NCBI GenBank assembly: GCA_964566405.1
Contig: CAZMIN010000001.1
Coordinates: forward strand, 1,755-65,754
Direction: 5' to 3'
DNA length: 64,000 nt
Origin: Candidatus Woesearchaeota archaeon
GTDB lineage: Archaea; Nanobdellota; Nanobdellia; Pacearchaeales; GW2011-AR1
The translations under genes were made by a program, and so were the position numbers. Position 1 is the first letter of the stretch, and every line of letters begins with the position of its first letter. The notes under the pieces are model-generated. The model ran no database searches and had not been told where the DNA came from. It saw nothing but the letters and a program-made list of their open reading frames with translations. Shown here piece by piece: positions 36,424 to 45,410 of the stretch.

Positions 36424-36574
36424 TCAAAAAGCGATTAACGGACTCTTAATTTTCGTTGAGTCATGTTATGAAGATCTTCTTAAAGAAATCAAACAAGGAA
36501 AGAAAACAGAGAATCAGGCAATAAAGGAAGAATTAGAGAATATCAAGAGATATCTAACTAATTTTAAGATTTAA
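36404..36574 (+). CDS. Small protein 3 of the 'MPxCGF' triplet (56 aa)
   Basis: MPPSGFSQKAINGLLIFVESCYEDLL... with GAAGGAGG upstream; overlaps the end of ORF-2. Confidence 0.4.
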   Translation: MPPSGFSQKAINGLLIFVESCYEDLLKEIKQGKKTENQAIKEELENIKRYLTNFKI

Positions 36575-37991
36575 TATACTTTTTAATGATTTCTGAAGCT
36601 TCTCTTCCCGGAATCTTTCCCTTGAATTCCTTCATCACCAGACCCATATAGGCCTTCTCTGAAAGTCCTGGTTTTTCCTTGATCATCTTCCTGATTTTCT
36701 CCTCGACAACAGAAACATCTGCTTTCTTGGCCTTGAAACCTTTTCCTTCCACCATATTTTCCAGGACAGATTTAACATGGGATTCAGAAATCTTTCCTTT
36801 TTTAACAGAGAGTAAAACATCTGAAAATTTATCTTCCAGAATTTTTTCAACTTTTTCCAGATTCATCTTTTTACGCCTTGCAATATCCTTAGGGAAGATC
36901 AGAAGAATCTTCGCGATTAATTTCGGTTTCTCAATTATTTTTAATAACTCCTTAAATTCATCGAGTTTGTTCCGTTTAAACAATAAAGAAATCATCTCTT
37001 CATTCAGTCCTTCTCTTTCCAATTCTTCTTTAACGTCTTTCCTCGACTTAGGAAGATTTTTCTTAACCTCATTAATCATCTGTCTTGAAATTTTCAATAA
37101 AGGTAAATCTGTTTCAGGATACATCCTCGCAGCACCAGGCAACGGACGCAGGAATTTTGTTTTTCCGTCAGGCAAGACCATCCTAACTTCTGGAACACTC
37201 TTTCCTTCCTCTATTAAATCTGTCTGTCTTTCTACTTCGATTTTTATCGCTCTTTCAATATTCCTTATATCTTGGAATCCTTTCATCTCTATCCTCTCTC
37301 CTCCTTTGATAGATAGATTGACATCTTGTCTTATTGTTCCAAGTCCCCTCCTGACTTTTAGGGTCCTCAAAATATCTCCTAGATTCAGTGCAGCTTCTTT
37401 TGCCTGTTCAGGCGTCTTTATGTCTGCTGCCGTGGCAATCTCGACCAAAGGAATTCCCAATCTGTCTAACCTAAAAATTCCTTTCTCCCTATCTATTATC
37501 CTAGCAGCATCTTCTTCGAGACAAATTGTTTCAATCCCTATTCTCCCTTCTTCTGTTTCGATATAACCATCTCTCGCAATCAAAACAGTTCTCTGAAAAC
37601 CAGAGGTATTAGAACCATCTATGACTGTCTTTCTCATGATTTGCGTCATAGGGATAATCTTTGCGTTCAATAAAAAGGCTGTCTGAAGACCAATCTTAAG
37701 GGCCTCTGGATTTATCTCGTGTGGCGGCTCTTCGTCTAATTCCACCAGACAAGTTGTATCATATCCCTGATAGAGAAACTTCTTCCCAAGAGATGCCTGA
37801 TATACTGCAGCAACATCTACTTCTCCAGATTCTCCTGCAACAGCATGGAGTTTTCTCTCGACAATAAAATCCGGCTCGTCTTTTCTCAACAGAGAAGGAC
37901 AGTTGCAAAAGAGCTTTGAAGTATCCAATTGCTGATGAATCTCGAGCCCACATTTCAGACCGAGCTTTCCATAATCTAATTTCTCAGACAT
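36564..37991 (-). CDS. gatE: Glu-tRNA(Gln) amidotransferase subunit E-like (GatB/GatE family; compact 475-aa form)
   Basis: DYGKLGLKCGLEIHQQLDTSKLFCNCPS, the conserved GatB/E N-terminal motif, and a YqeY-like tail (...GLVMKEFKGKIPGREASEIIKKYI). Called gatE because gatD lies 1.4 kb away; it is shorter than a typical GatE. Start placed at MSEKL (37991) rather than 38045. Confidence 0.65.
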   Translation of the reverse strand: MSEKLDYGKLGLKCGLEIHQQLDTSKLFCNCPSLLRKDEPDFIVERKLHAVAGESGEVDVAAVYQASLGKKFLYQGYDTTCLVELDEEPPHEINPEALKIGLQTAFLLNAKIIPMTQIMRKTVIDGSNTSGFQRTVLIARDGYIETEEGRIGIETICLEEDAARIIDREKGIFRLDRLGIPLVEIATAADIKTPEQAKEAALNLGDILRTLKVRRGLGTIRQDVNLSIKGGERIEMKGFQDIRNIERAIKIEVERQTDLIEEGKSVPEVRMVLPDGKTKFLRPLPGAARMYPETDLPLLKISRQMINEVKKNLPKSRKDVKEELEREGLNEEMISLLFKRNKLDEFKELLKIIEKPKLIAKILLIFPKDIARRKKMNLEKVEKILEDKFSDVLLSVKKGKISESHVKSVLENMVEGKGFKAKKADVSVVEEKIRKMIKEKPGLSEKAYMGLVMKEFKGKIPGREASEIIKKYIKS

Positions 37992-38025
37992 ATCAGAAAA
38001 AACCAAGAAGAGTTTATTAAATTGT

Positions 38026-38817
38026 CTATCTAATTGCACAAACAAGTTTATCTAAGGACGAATTTACCTTTCCAGCCATAAAAGTATAGAATAGTTTTTC
38101 TCCAGGAGTTACCAGGTCTTCATTCTCCCAGTTTTTATTTCTTTTCCAATCAACATCAGCTCCACGTAGTAATTGGTAATATGTTTCTCTTTCACCAGCT
38201 TCTATAATTGGAGGGGGCAATCCTGTAGAATCCAGTATTGCATCCTGCACAATTCTTGCAGTTCTACCATTTCCATCATAAAAAGGATGCATTCTAGAAG
38301 TATGATAATGGATATAAATTGCAAGCTCCAATAAATCTCCCGGATTCTTAGAGACTCTTTCTCTTACAGCAGATTCAAAATTTGGTATTTCTTTTGTAAT
38401 TAATTTAGCGGGATAAGGGGGTGTTACACTGGAACCACTGATGGTGGTGCCCATGTCTCTATAAGGAGCCATATCTCCTTCATAAACTCCAGGGAAAATT
38501 CTTCCATTGACTCCTCTTAAAAAAGATGCGTCAAAATTCCCTAAGTCAAGGTTTTCGCAAGCCCACCTAAAGGCACGCCGTAAATTTATTACACCTTTTC
38601 TTATAGATTTTTTATGTCCGTTTTTAGGAACAGAATAAGGAACAATCGTATGGGGGTGTTCCATTTTAAAAGAATGAACTTGTGCCATTTTTTGTAAAGC
38701 CTTTCTTTCCAACTTTTCTGATTTAAGGGTTCTCTCATAGGCATCTTCAACACGGACAAACATAGCTTTGTCTATAATTTCCTGCACAAGAGATTCTGGT
38801 ATATATTCCATTATCAA
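38026..38817 (-). CDS. Fic/DOC-family protein
   Basis: Canonical Fic motif HPFYDGNGRTARI (HPFx[DE]GNGR). No obvious (S/T)xxxE(G/N) inhibitory motif. Confidence 0.75.
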   Translation of the reverse strand: MIMEYIPESLVQEIIDKAMFVRVEDAYERTLKSEKLERKALQKMAQVHSFKMEHPHTIVPYSVPKNGHKKSIRKGVINLRRAFRWACENLDLGNFDASFLRGVNGRIFPGVYEGDMAPYRDMGTTISGSSVTPPYPAKLITKEIPNFESAVRERVSKNPGDLLELAIYIHYHTSRMHPFYDGNGRTARIVQDAILDSTGLPPPIIEAGERETYYQLLRGADVDWKRNKNWENEDLVTPGEKLFYTFMAGKVNSSLDKLVCAIR

Positions 38818-38926
38818 TTAACTTAGAATCAATATTTAAACCTTTCTAATTGTAACCCCTTCATAGTCACAAAAGAATATTTCAGTAACTGCTAAGATTT
38901 ATAATGATTGGTTTATTACCAACATA

Positions 38927-39376
38927 ATGCCCGAAGAGAATAAAAAAGAGAATAAAATTAGTGGTGAAATACAAAAAATGGGGGACAAGATGATACCCTT
39001 TAAACTAGGTCGTCCACCGTTCAAGTTGCCAAGAACATTTGGAGAAAAAGCTTCAGACTGGCTTACAAAATGGGTCGGTAGCTGGACCTTCATAATCGCT
39101 CTCGCTATTTTAATGCTCGTCTGGATCTCTGTGAATACCACCTGGTTATTATTTGGAAGAGAATGGGATCCTTATCCATTCATACTCTTAAATTTTGTCC
39201 TATCTACGCTGGCAGCAATACAGGCACCAATTATCCTTATGTCTCAAAACAGAACAGGGCAAAAAGACAGGGCAAGAGCAGAATATGATTATGCTGTAAA
39301 CAGAAAAGCTGAAAAAGAAATAAGAGAAATCAAAATCCAATTAGAGGAAATAGCAAAAAGATTGGGAAAACAATAA
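38927..39376 (+). CDS. DUF1003-family membrane protein
   Basis: GSWTFIIALAILMLVWISVN...DPYPFILLNFVLSTLAAIQAPIILMSQNRTGQKDRARAEYDYAVNRKAEKEI. Confidence 0.65.
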   Translation: MPEENKKENKISGEIQKMGDKMIPFKLGRPPFKLPRTFGEKASDWLTKWVGSWTFIIALAILMLVWISVNTTWLLFGREWDPYPFILLNFVLSTLAAIQAPIILMSQNRTGQKDRARAEYDYAVNRKAEKEIREIKIQLEEIAKRLGKQ

Positions 39377-40648
39377 TTATTTTTCTAAACGATCGTTAAA
39401 TTCACGAGCTATATTTGTCAGCATCAGTTTCTCTACTTCTTCCTTATTCTTAGTTTTTCCCAAGACCCAACCAAGTTTCACCAATGCGGTCTCTGCAAGC
39501 ATATCTTTTAGATAGATTATTCCCGTGCCTAAGAGTTCTCTTCCATTAGAATAAACGAGAGGATTTAGTCTTCCGTAAATAGTTTGAGCGGCAGCACAGA
39601 CTATCATTTTTTTCTGAACTTCTTTTAATTTCTTCGTCCAAGGTTTTCTCGCCCTCTTAGTCGGAGCATGCCCGAGACCAGACATCTCCAGAACAAGACC
39701 TTTGTATTTTTTCTTGAGATAATAATCTAATATATCAGGATCTTGACCAGGATAAACTTTTACCAGAGCGACTTTTTCCTCAAATTTTAAATCCAACTTC
39801 ACCCTTCCTTTTTTCCTAATGTTATAATCTGAAATCATTTCTATTTTATTTGAAAAAATTCTTGCAAATGGTTTTCCATTTACAACCTTAAAAGCATCTC
39901 TCCTAGAAGTATGAAGTTTTCTGACTTTAGTCCCAGGCATTGCATAACAATAATCATCATTTGAAGACGCGTGTCCTACAAGCATTACTTCTGCAATATC
40001 TGAAATCGCCGCCAAAGCACTGCACTGAAGATTCAGATTAGCATCGCTGCTCGCTCTATCAATGCTCCTCTGACTATAAGTCAAAACGACTGGTTTGTTC
40101 AGATTTTTCAGAAAAAAAGACAAGGCAGCAGAAGTGTAATGCAAAAAATCTGTTCCGTGAGTTATTATTATTCCTTTTATATTAGAATCATTCAAAAGTT
40201 TCTCTGCAACCCTAGCAATTTTTTGCCAGTCTTTAAAATCCATGTCTTCGGAAGCCTTTGTAAAAGGAACCTCCACTTTCACAACATTCACCCTATCAAA
40301 TATTCCCGGATAAAATTTAAACAAATTTTCAGGAGTATCTAACCAGTCAACCCCACCTTTCTTAGGATTTAACCGAGCAGCAATAGTTCCCCCTGTAATA
40401 ATCATTGCAATATTTGGTTTTTCTCCGTCTTTCTTTATCTCAATCTCTTCCTCTGTTTCTCTAGATTTTCGCTTTACTTTTATCTCGAGTACATCTTTTT
40501 TATTCAAACCAATATTATAACCAGAACCAAGTTTGAGTAAAACAATTCCCTTCTCAGACTCGGGACTCTCCAAAAGAATTCCCTCGTAAATGTACTTCGT
40601 CAGATGGATTTCAACCAAATCCCCCGAAGCAGCGGTGCTTTTCTTCAT
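39377..40648 (-). CDS. gatD: Glu-tRNA(Gln) amidotransferase subunit D (asparaginase-like)
   Basis: ITGGTIA (asparaginase threonine motif), HGTD, and an N-terminal GatD-specific domain; ~423 aa. Confidence 0.8.
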   Translation of the reverse strand: MKKSTAASGDLVEIHLTKYIYEGILLESPESEKGIVLLKLGSGYNIGLNKKDVLEIKVKRKSRETEEEIEIKKDGEKPNIAMIITGGTIAARLNPKKGGVDWLDTPENLFKFYPGIFDRVNVVKVEVPFTKASEDMDFKDWQKIARVAEKLLNDSNIKGIIITHGTDFLHYTSAALSFFLKNLNKPVVLTYSQRSIDRASSDANLNLQCSALAAISDIAEVMLVGHASSNDDYCYAMPGTKVRKLHTSRRDAFKVVNGKPFARIFSNKIEMISDYNIRKKGRVKLDLKFEEKVALVKVYPGQDPDILDYYLKKKYKGLVLEMSGLGHAPTKRARKPWTKKLKEVQKKMIVCAAAQTIYGRLNPLVYSNGRELLGTGIIYLKDMLAETALVKLGWVLGKTKNKEEVEKLMLTNIAREFNDRLEK

Positions 40649-40686
40649 ATAAAAAATAATTCTGAGAGATATAAAAAACTATGGTT

Positions 40687-41808
40687 CTATTTTAGAAATT
40701 GCATCACCAATCCAAGGATAAAGATTAGACTCAAGAACCCTATGATGAGCCAATTCACAGGAAGTTTGTATTCTGGTTTTCTATTTCCTTTCTTCTTTGC
40801 TTTTTTAACCATGAATAAAATCAAAATAGCTATTAACCCCCCAGAAACAACACCCCCTAAGGAAATTATTTTAACGAAAGAGAAAAAACCAAGAAATTTA
40901 ACTGCTATAAAAATTAATATTGGGAGAAGGGCCGCAAACATCCAAGCATTCTTTTTCTTAAATCTCTCATCATACATCAAATTTTCCTGAAGAGCATTAC
41001 CTAATGTAAGATAAGATGTAAACATGGTAAGAATACCCAAAAGAATAAAAATTCCGCCAAGGCTCAAAGTAGCTATTTCAGGTGTATCCATTCCCTTAAC
41101 TCCAACGACAACAAGGGTGAATAAAATATAAAATGTCATTGAAATAAAAGAGCCCGTCATTAGTACTTTCTTCATGATTTTTTCATTTCCATGAAGAATC
41201 ATGCCAACCTGAGGGATTGCATAGAACGACATAAGGGAAAAAAGAATGATTCCAAAAGGCAGAAAAAAGCTTCCAGAATTAAAAGAATATAAATTAGCAA
41301 GATTTATATCTCTAAAAAAGACGACTATAATCAGAACAAGCAAAATTAAAATTATCGTTACACCCAGTTTTTCAAATTTTTTCAAGGCCTTGAGCCCCCT
41401 CCAGAACAATCCAGACATACCCAATCCAAACAAAACCCCTAAAAGAAGAGAACTATTAGAATTTCCAAAAAATAAAAAACTTAAACTCTCACCAATTCCA
41501 ACCATATAAGCGACAATAGCAGCATAAACTCCAAAAAATATCGCAAACTCGAGAGCAAGTTCTGCCTTTCTTCCAAGATATTTCTTACCATAACCCGCGA
41601 CCTGGTGCTTTCCTTTTGTTCTAAGGATAACCTCTCCAAAATAAAGATTAATCAGAATTATTATCATTCCTAATATAACTATATAACCAAGGACCACAAA
41701 AAATCCTGTCTGGGCTGCGGCATAAGGAATTCCCAACCCCCCTGCACCGATAGTGCTTCCTACTAATATTGAAACAGCTGTCCAGAACCTCTTTTTTTTT
41801 GCATCCAT
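40687..41808 (-). CDS. Amino acid permease (APC/aromatic amino acid transporter-like)
   Basis: ~11 TM; N-terminal GSTIGAGGLGIPYAAAQTG motif typical of Trp/Tyr-permease-like transporters. Confidence 0.6.
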   Translation of the reverse strand: MDAKKKRFWTAVSILVGSTIGAGGLGIPYAAAQTGFFVVLGYIVILGMIIILINLYFGEVILRTKGKHQVAGYGKKYLGRKAELALEFAIFFGVYAAIVAYMVGIGESLSFLFFGNSNSSLLLGVLFGLGMSGLFWRGLKALKKFEKLGVTIILILLVLIIVVFFRDINLANLYSFNSGSFFLPFGIILFSLMSFYAIPQVGMILHGNEKIMKKVLMTGSFISMTFYILFTLVVVGVKGMDTPEIATLSLGGIFILLGILTMFTSYLTLGNALQENLMYDERFKKKNAWMFAALLPILIFIAVKFLGFFSFVKIISLGGVVSGGLIAILILFMVKKAKKKGNRKPEYKLPVNWLIIGFLSLIFILGLVMQFLK

Positions 41809-41857
41809 CTTTCAAATAAGGTCCGGAACTTCGTGCGAATCTCCAAACCAAAGTTTA

Positions 41858-41929
41858 TAGGCTCGGAGGGATTCGAACCCTCATCGACCGGGCCGAAACC
41901 GGACATTCTATCCATTGAACTACGAACCT
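41858..41929 (-). tRNA. tRNA-Arg (anticodon UCG)
   Basis: Minus-strand cloverleaf: acceptor AGGTTCG/CGAGCCT (one G-U), D-arm GTTC-AATGGATA-GAAT, anticodon loop TTTCGGC, 4-nt variable loop, T-arm GAGGG-TTCGAAT-CCCTC, discriminator A. One U-U mismatch at 27-43. A TTTTAAATCT box lies ~30 nt upstream. Confidence 0.7.
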
Positions 41930-42021
41930 ATGGTAAAGCATCTGATTTTAGATTTAAAATACCTTTCTTTTATTAAAAGTTACCTTTTTATATCTTGATA
42001 TTTCTTTAACAAAGTGTAAAG

Positions 42022-42723
42022 ATGGTGAGTTTTCAATATACTTATTTAATAGGGGTTATGATAGTCTTAACATTATGGCTAATCTTATTTTTATATAGAA
42101 AAGATACGAGAAAAGAAATGTTGATTATCTCTTTATTTTTTGGAGTTGCGGGTAGTCTCGTAGAAATGATACATGTTTTAGATTGGTGGAGACCACTAAC
42201 AATAACAAATACCACTGTTGGAATTGAAGATTTTCTTTTTGGATTTGGGATAGGAGGGATTGCTTCAGTTATCTATGAACACTTATTCAATAAAAGAGTT
42301 AAGATAAAAAAAGTTAAAGAAATAAAAGAGCAAAAAAGAAATATTAATTTTTTATTTTTACTTGCTTTATTATTTATCCTCTTCTTCGGAGGATTTTTTA
42401 TTTTTAATCTAAACAGTTTCGAAGCCATGTTACTTTCTTTCATCATACCAATATTAATAATTTATATAAAAAGAAAAGATTTGATAAAAGACTCCTTGGT
42501 CTCTGGTATGTTAGTTCTAATAGCATCTATTATTGGATATAGCATTTTGAATTTAATAACTCCCGGATTCTTCGACGAATTCTGGCTCTTCCAAAATATT
42601 GGTAGAGTAATGGTTTTAGGAATACCTTTAGAAGAACACATCTTCTACTTCTTAGCAGGGGCGTTACTAGGCCCCCTCTACGAATACTGGAAAGAAGGAA
42701 AATTAATAAACGTAAAAAACTAA
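42022..42723 (+). CDS. Polytopic membrane protein, hypothetical
   Basis: 233 aa, ~6-7 TM segments. Confidence 0.45.
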   Translation: MVSFQYTYLIGVMIVLTLWLILFLYRKDTRKEMLIISLFFGVAGSLVEMIHVLDWWRPLTITNTTVGIEDFLFGFGIGGIASVIYEHLFNKRVKIKKVKEIKEQKRNINFLFLLALLFILFFGGFFIFNLNSFEAMLLSFIIPILIIYIKRKDLIKDSLVSGMLVLIASIIGYSILNLITPGFFDEFWLFQNIGRVMVLGIPLEEHIFYFLAGALLGPLYEYWKEGKLINVKN

Positions 42724-42731
42724 TTAATAAA

Positions 42732-43595
42732 ATGGCTTTAAAGAGACATCACAAGTGGTTAATAGGAAGTTTCAGCTCATTGACAATAATCTTCATGATA
42801 ACCATCGGTGTTTTCACATATATGATTTTTGTAAAACAAGAACTCAACTACAATCTATTAGACCAGAGAATAATTAACCTGCAGACAGAAACACAGAGCA
42901 ATGTAAACACAATAACAGAAAATATAATCCAAACCCGGGAAGAATTAAATTCTCTAAACTCTGAATTTGGTATGATAGGGGAAGAATTTAACCTTCTAAA
43001 GGCAACCGCGGGAGATGATTTCTCAGGTATAATCAATGAAGCAATAAAATCAGTGGTTTCTATAAGGACAGGTGCCGGACAAGGAACAGGATTTATCATC
43101 ACCAACGACGGATATATTGTAACAAATGCCCATGTTCTGAGAGGAGGAAGCGATATTCAGTCAATAACCTATGAATCAGAGATGATAGAAACAGAATTCA
43201 TAGGACAGGACCTTATTCTAGATATTGCTCTTCTAAAAATTCCGGGAAATCCTGTTGTTTTAGATTTTGGAGATTCAGATGATATACAAATAGGAGAAAA
43301 AGTAATTGCAATTGGTAATCCACTAGGACTTTCATTCACAGTCACAGGAGGAATAATCTCTGCAGTGAACAGAATAGGACCCAATGGATTAGATGCTTAT
43401 ATTCAGACAGATGCTGCTTTAAATCCAGGAAACTCAGGAGGTCCACTCATTAATAAAAAGGGAAAAGTCATAGGAATAAACAATTTCAAGGCAGGAGAAG
43501 GAAGTGAAAACATTGGATTTGCATTGGAATCAAATTATATAATAGATGCTGTCAATGGTATTGCTATGGAAGAAATAGGAAGAGATCTAATCTAA
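42732..43595 (+). CDS. Trypsin-like serine protease (S1C/HtrA-like, no PDZ), membrane-anchored
   Basis: N-terminal TM; catalytic triad context GFIITNDGYIVTNAHV (His), D in DIALLK, GNSGGPLIN (Ser). Confidence 0.75.
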   Translation: MALKRHHKWLIGSFSSLTIIFMITIGVFTYMIFVKQELNYNLLDQRIINLQTETQSNVNTITENIIQTREELNSLNSEFGMIGEEFNLLKATAGDDFSGIINEAIKSVVSIRTGAGQGTGFIITNDGYIVTNAHVLRGGSDIQSITYESEMIETEFIGQDLILDIALLKIPGNPVVLDFGDSDDIQIGEKVIAIGNPLGLSFTVTGGIISAVNRIGPNGLDAYIQTDAALNPGNSGGPLINKKGKVIGINNFKAGEGSENIGFALESNYIIDAVNGIAMEEIGRDLI

Positions 43596-43596
43596 A

Positions 43597-45039
43597 ATGC
43601 AGAAAAAAACACGAGGATTAACAGCAAAAAAAGAAGAAAACTTCAGCGAATGGTACAGCAAGATTATTGATAAGGCGGAAATAGTCGACCTAAGATTAGG
43701 AATTAAGGGATTCATAGTGATAAGACCGTGGGGAGCTTCTGTAATAGAAAAAATATACAACCTCTATGAAGAAGAGCTTCAGAAAAAAGGACATAAACTA
43801 ACAATCATGCCTTCTGTTATCCCTGAATCAAACCTAAAAAAAGAAGCCAGCCATATTAGAGGATTTACTCCAGAAGTTTTTTGGCTTCAGACAGAGAAAG
43901 GAGAAGAAAAATTAGCATTAAGGCCAACGAGTGAAACCCTCTATACCCCTATGTTCGCTCTTTGGATAAGAAGCCACAGAGATCTTCCTTTAAAATTATA
44001 TCAAAAAGGCTCTGTCTTTAGGTATGACACAAAAGCAACCCGTCCATTGATTAGAGGAAGAGAATTCAACTGGATAGAGGCACACGATGCATTTGCGACA
44101 AAAAAAGAGGCAGAAGCACAAGTTCAGGAAGATATTCGGATGACAGAGAATGTCATGCACCAGGAATTAGGGATTCCATTTCTACCTATAAAAAGACCTG
44201 AATGGGATAAATTCGCAGGAGCAGAATACACGATAGGTTCAGATGTATTAATGCCGGATGGAAAACTCATACAGCAACCATCTACCCATCTGATGGGACA
44301 AAAATTTTCAAAGGCATTCAACGCCAAGTTCAAAAATAAAGAAGGAAAAGAAGATTATATATGGACTACAGCCTATGGTCCCGCCATGTCGAGAATTCTG
44401 GTCTCTGTTATCTCTACCCACGGAGACGACAAAGGTCTGGTCCTTCCTTTCCAACTTTCACCAATACAAATCGTGATAGTCCCTATCTATACTAAAAAGA
44501 ATAAAGCAAAAATCATGAAGTATTCCAGAGGTATTAAAAATAAATTAAAAAAATACAGGGTGGAGATTGATGAGAGAGAATACAGCCCCGGGTGGAAATT
44601 TAATGAATGGGAACTAAAGGGTGTTCCATTTAGAGTAGAAATAGGAGAAAAAGAGATAAAAACAAAATCATTGACTCTTTTTACCAGAGACACCGGAAAA
44701 AAAGAAAATCTAAAAATCTCAAATCTGGGTAAATTATCCAAACTAGGAAAGAATTACGATTCTAGATTATTAAAAAAAGCGGAAAAATTCCTAAAGAGCA
44801 GAATAATCAACTGTAAAACAAAAGAACAGGTAAAAAAAGCCATGAAAGAAGGAAAAATAGCGAGGGTAAACTGGTGTTCTCTGGATAAAGATGGTTTAAA
44901 ATGTGCGGAGCATGTTGAAAAAGAGATAAACGCAGAAGTCCGTGGAAGTCTCGCGAACAAAAGAGAAAAACCTAGCGGAAAATGTATAGTCTGTGGAAGA
45001 AGTGCAAAAGAAGTCGTATACGTTGCTAAGAGCTATTAA
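43597..45039 (+). CDS. proS: Prolyl-tRNA synthetase (archaeal/eukaryotic-type)
   Basis: Class II motifs, an archaeal-type C-terminal zinc-binding domain (CIVCGRSAKEVVYVAKSY) and the conserved terminal Tyr. Confidence 0.9.
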   Translation: MQKKTRGLTAKKEENFSEWYSKIIDKAEIVDLRLGIKGFIVIRPWGASVIEKIYNLYEEELQKKGHKLTIMPSVIPESNLKKEASHIRGFTPEVFWLQTEKGEEKLALRPTSETLYTPMFALWIRSHRDLPLKLYQKGSVFRYDTKATRPLIRGREFNWIEAHDAFATKKEAEAQVQEDIRMTENVMHQELGIPFLPIKRPEWDKFAGAEYTIGSDVLMPDGKLIQQPSTHLMGQKFSKAFNAKFKNKEGKEDYIWTTAYGPAMSRILVSVISTHGDDKGLVLPFQLSPIQIVIVPIYTKKNKAKIMKYSRGIKNKLKKYRVEIDEREYSPGWKFNEWELKGVPFRVEIGEKEIKTKSLTLFTRDTGKKENLKISNLGKLSKLGKNYDSRLLKKAEKFLKSRIINCKTKEQVKKAMKEGKIARVNWCSLDKDGLKCAEHVEKEINAEVRGSLANKREKPSGKCIVCGRSAKEVVYVAKSY

Positions 45040-45410
45040 GAATCAAATCTTATTCAAATTTAAGTTATTGTTCTGATTGAACTACCATGCTTAACTCGTG
45101 CTCCATCCTAAGAGTTATATCCATCAACAAGTTAAGTTCCCGTTCTACCAAAACCCCTTCACTTATTTCCAGTACGGCTTCCATTGTTTTTTGTAAGCCC
45201 ACAATAAAATCAAAGCCCTTTCAAACCCAAATCAATTTAGAAATCCCCTTGCAATTCAACTCAAATCCGAAAGAACAATGAATTAAATTGAGGGTTTTAT
45301 ATTGTTTTTAATTACAGCATAAACTATGCCTGTAATCTTTGTATTGAGATTAAGCCACGACATAGTTTGCATTCGAAAGTTAAGAAAAAGTGGTTTTTAT
45401 ATCTTTCTCT

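Noticed and set aside
36679-37566. 295-aa + strand ORF entirely antisense to gatE
   Set aside because: Low-complexity S/F/L/I-rich translation typical of the antisense strand of an AT-rich gene; no start context or RBS; gatE on the opposite strand has clear family motifs.
45087-45281. 64-aa S/T-rich + strand ORF in the proS downstream spacer
   Set aside because: Low complexity, no start context; the region is more likely non-coding or ncRNA.
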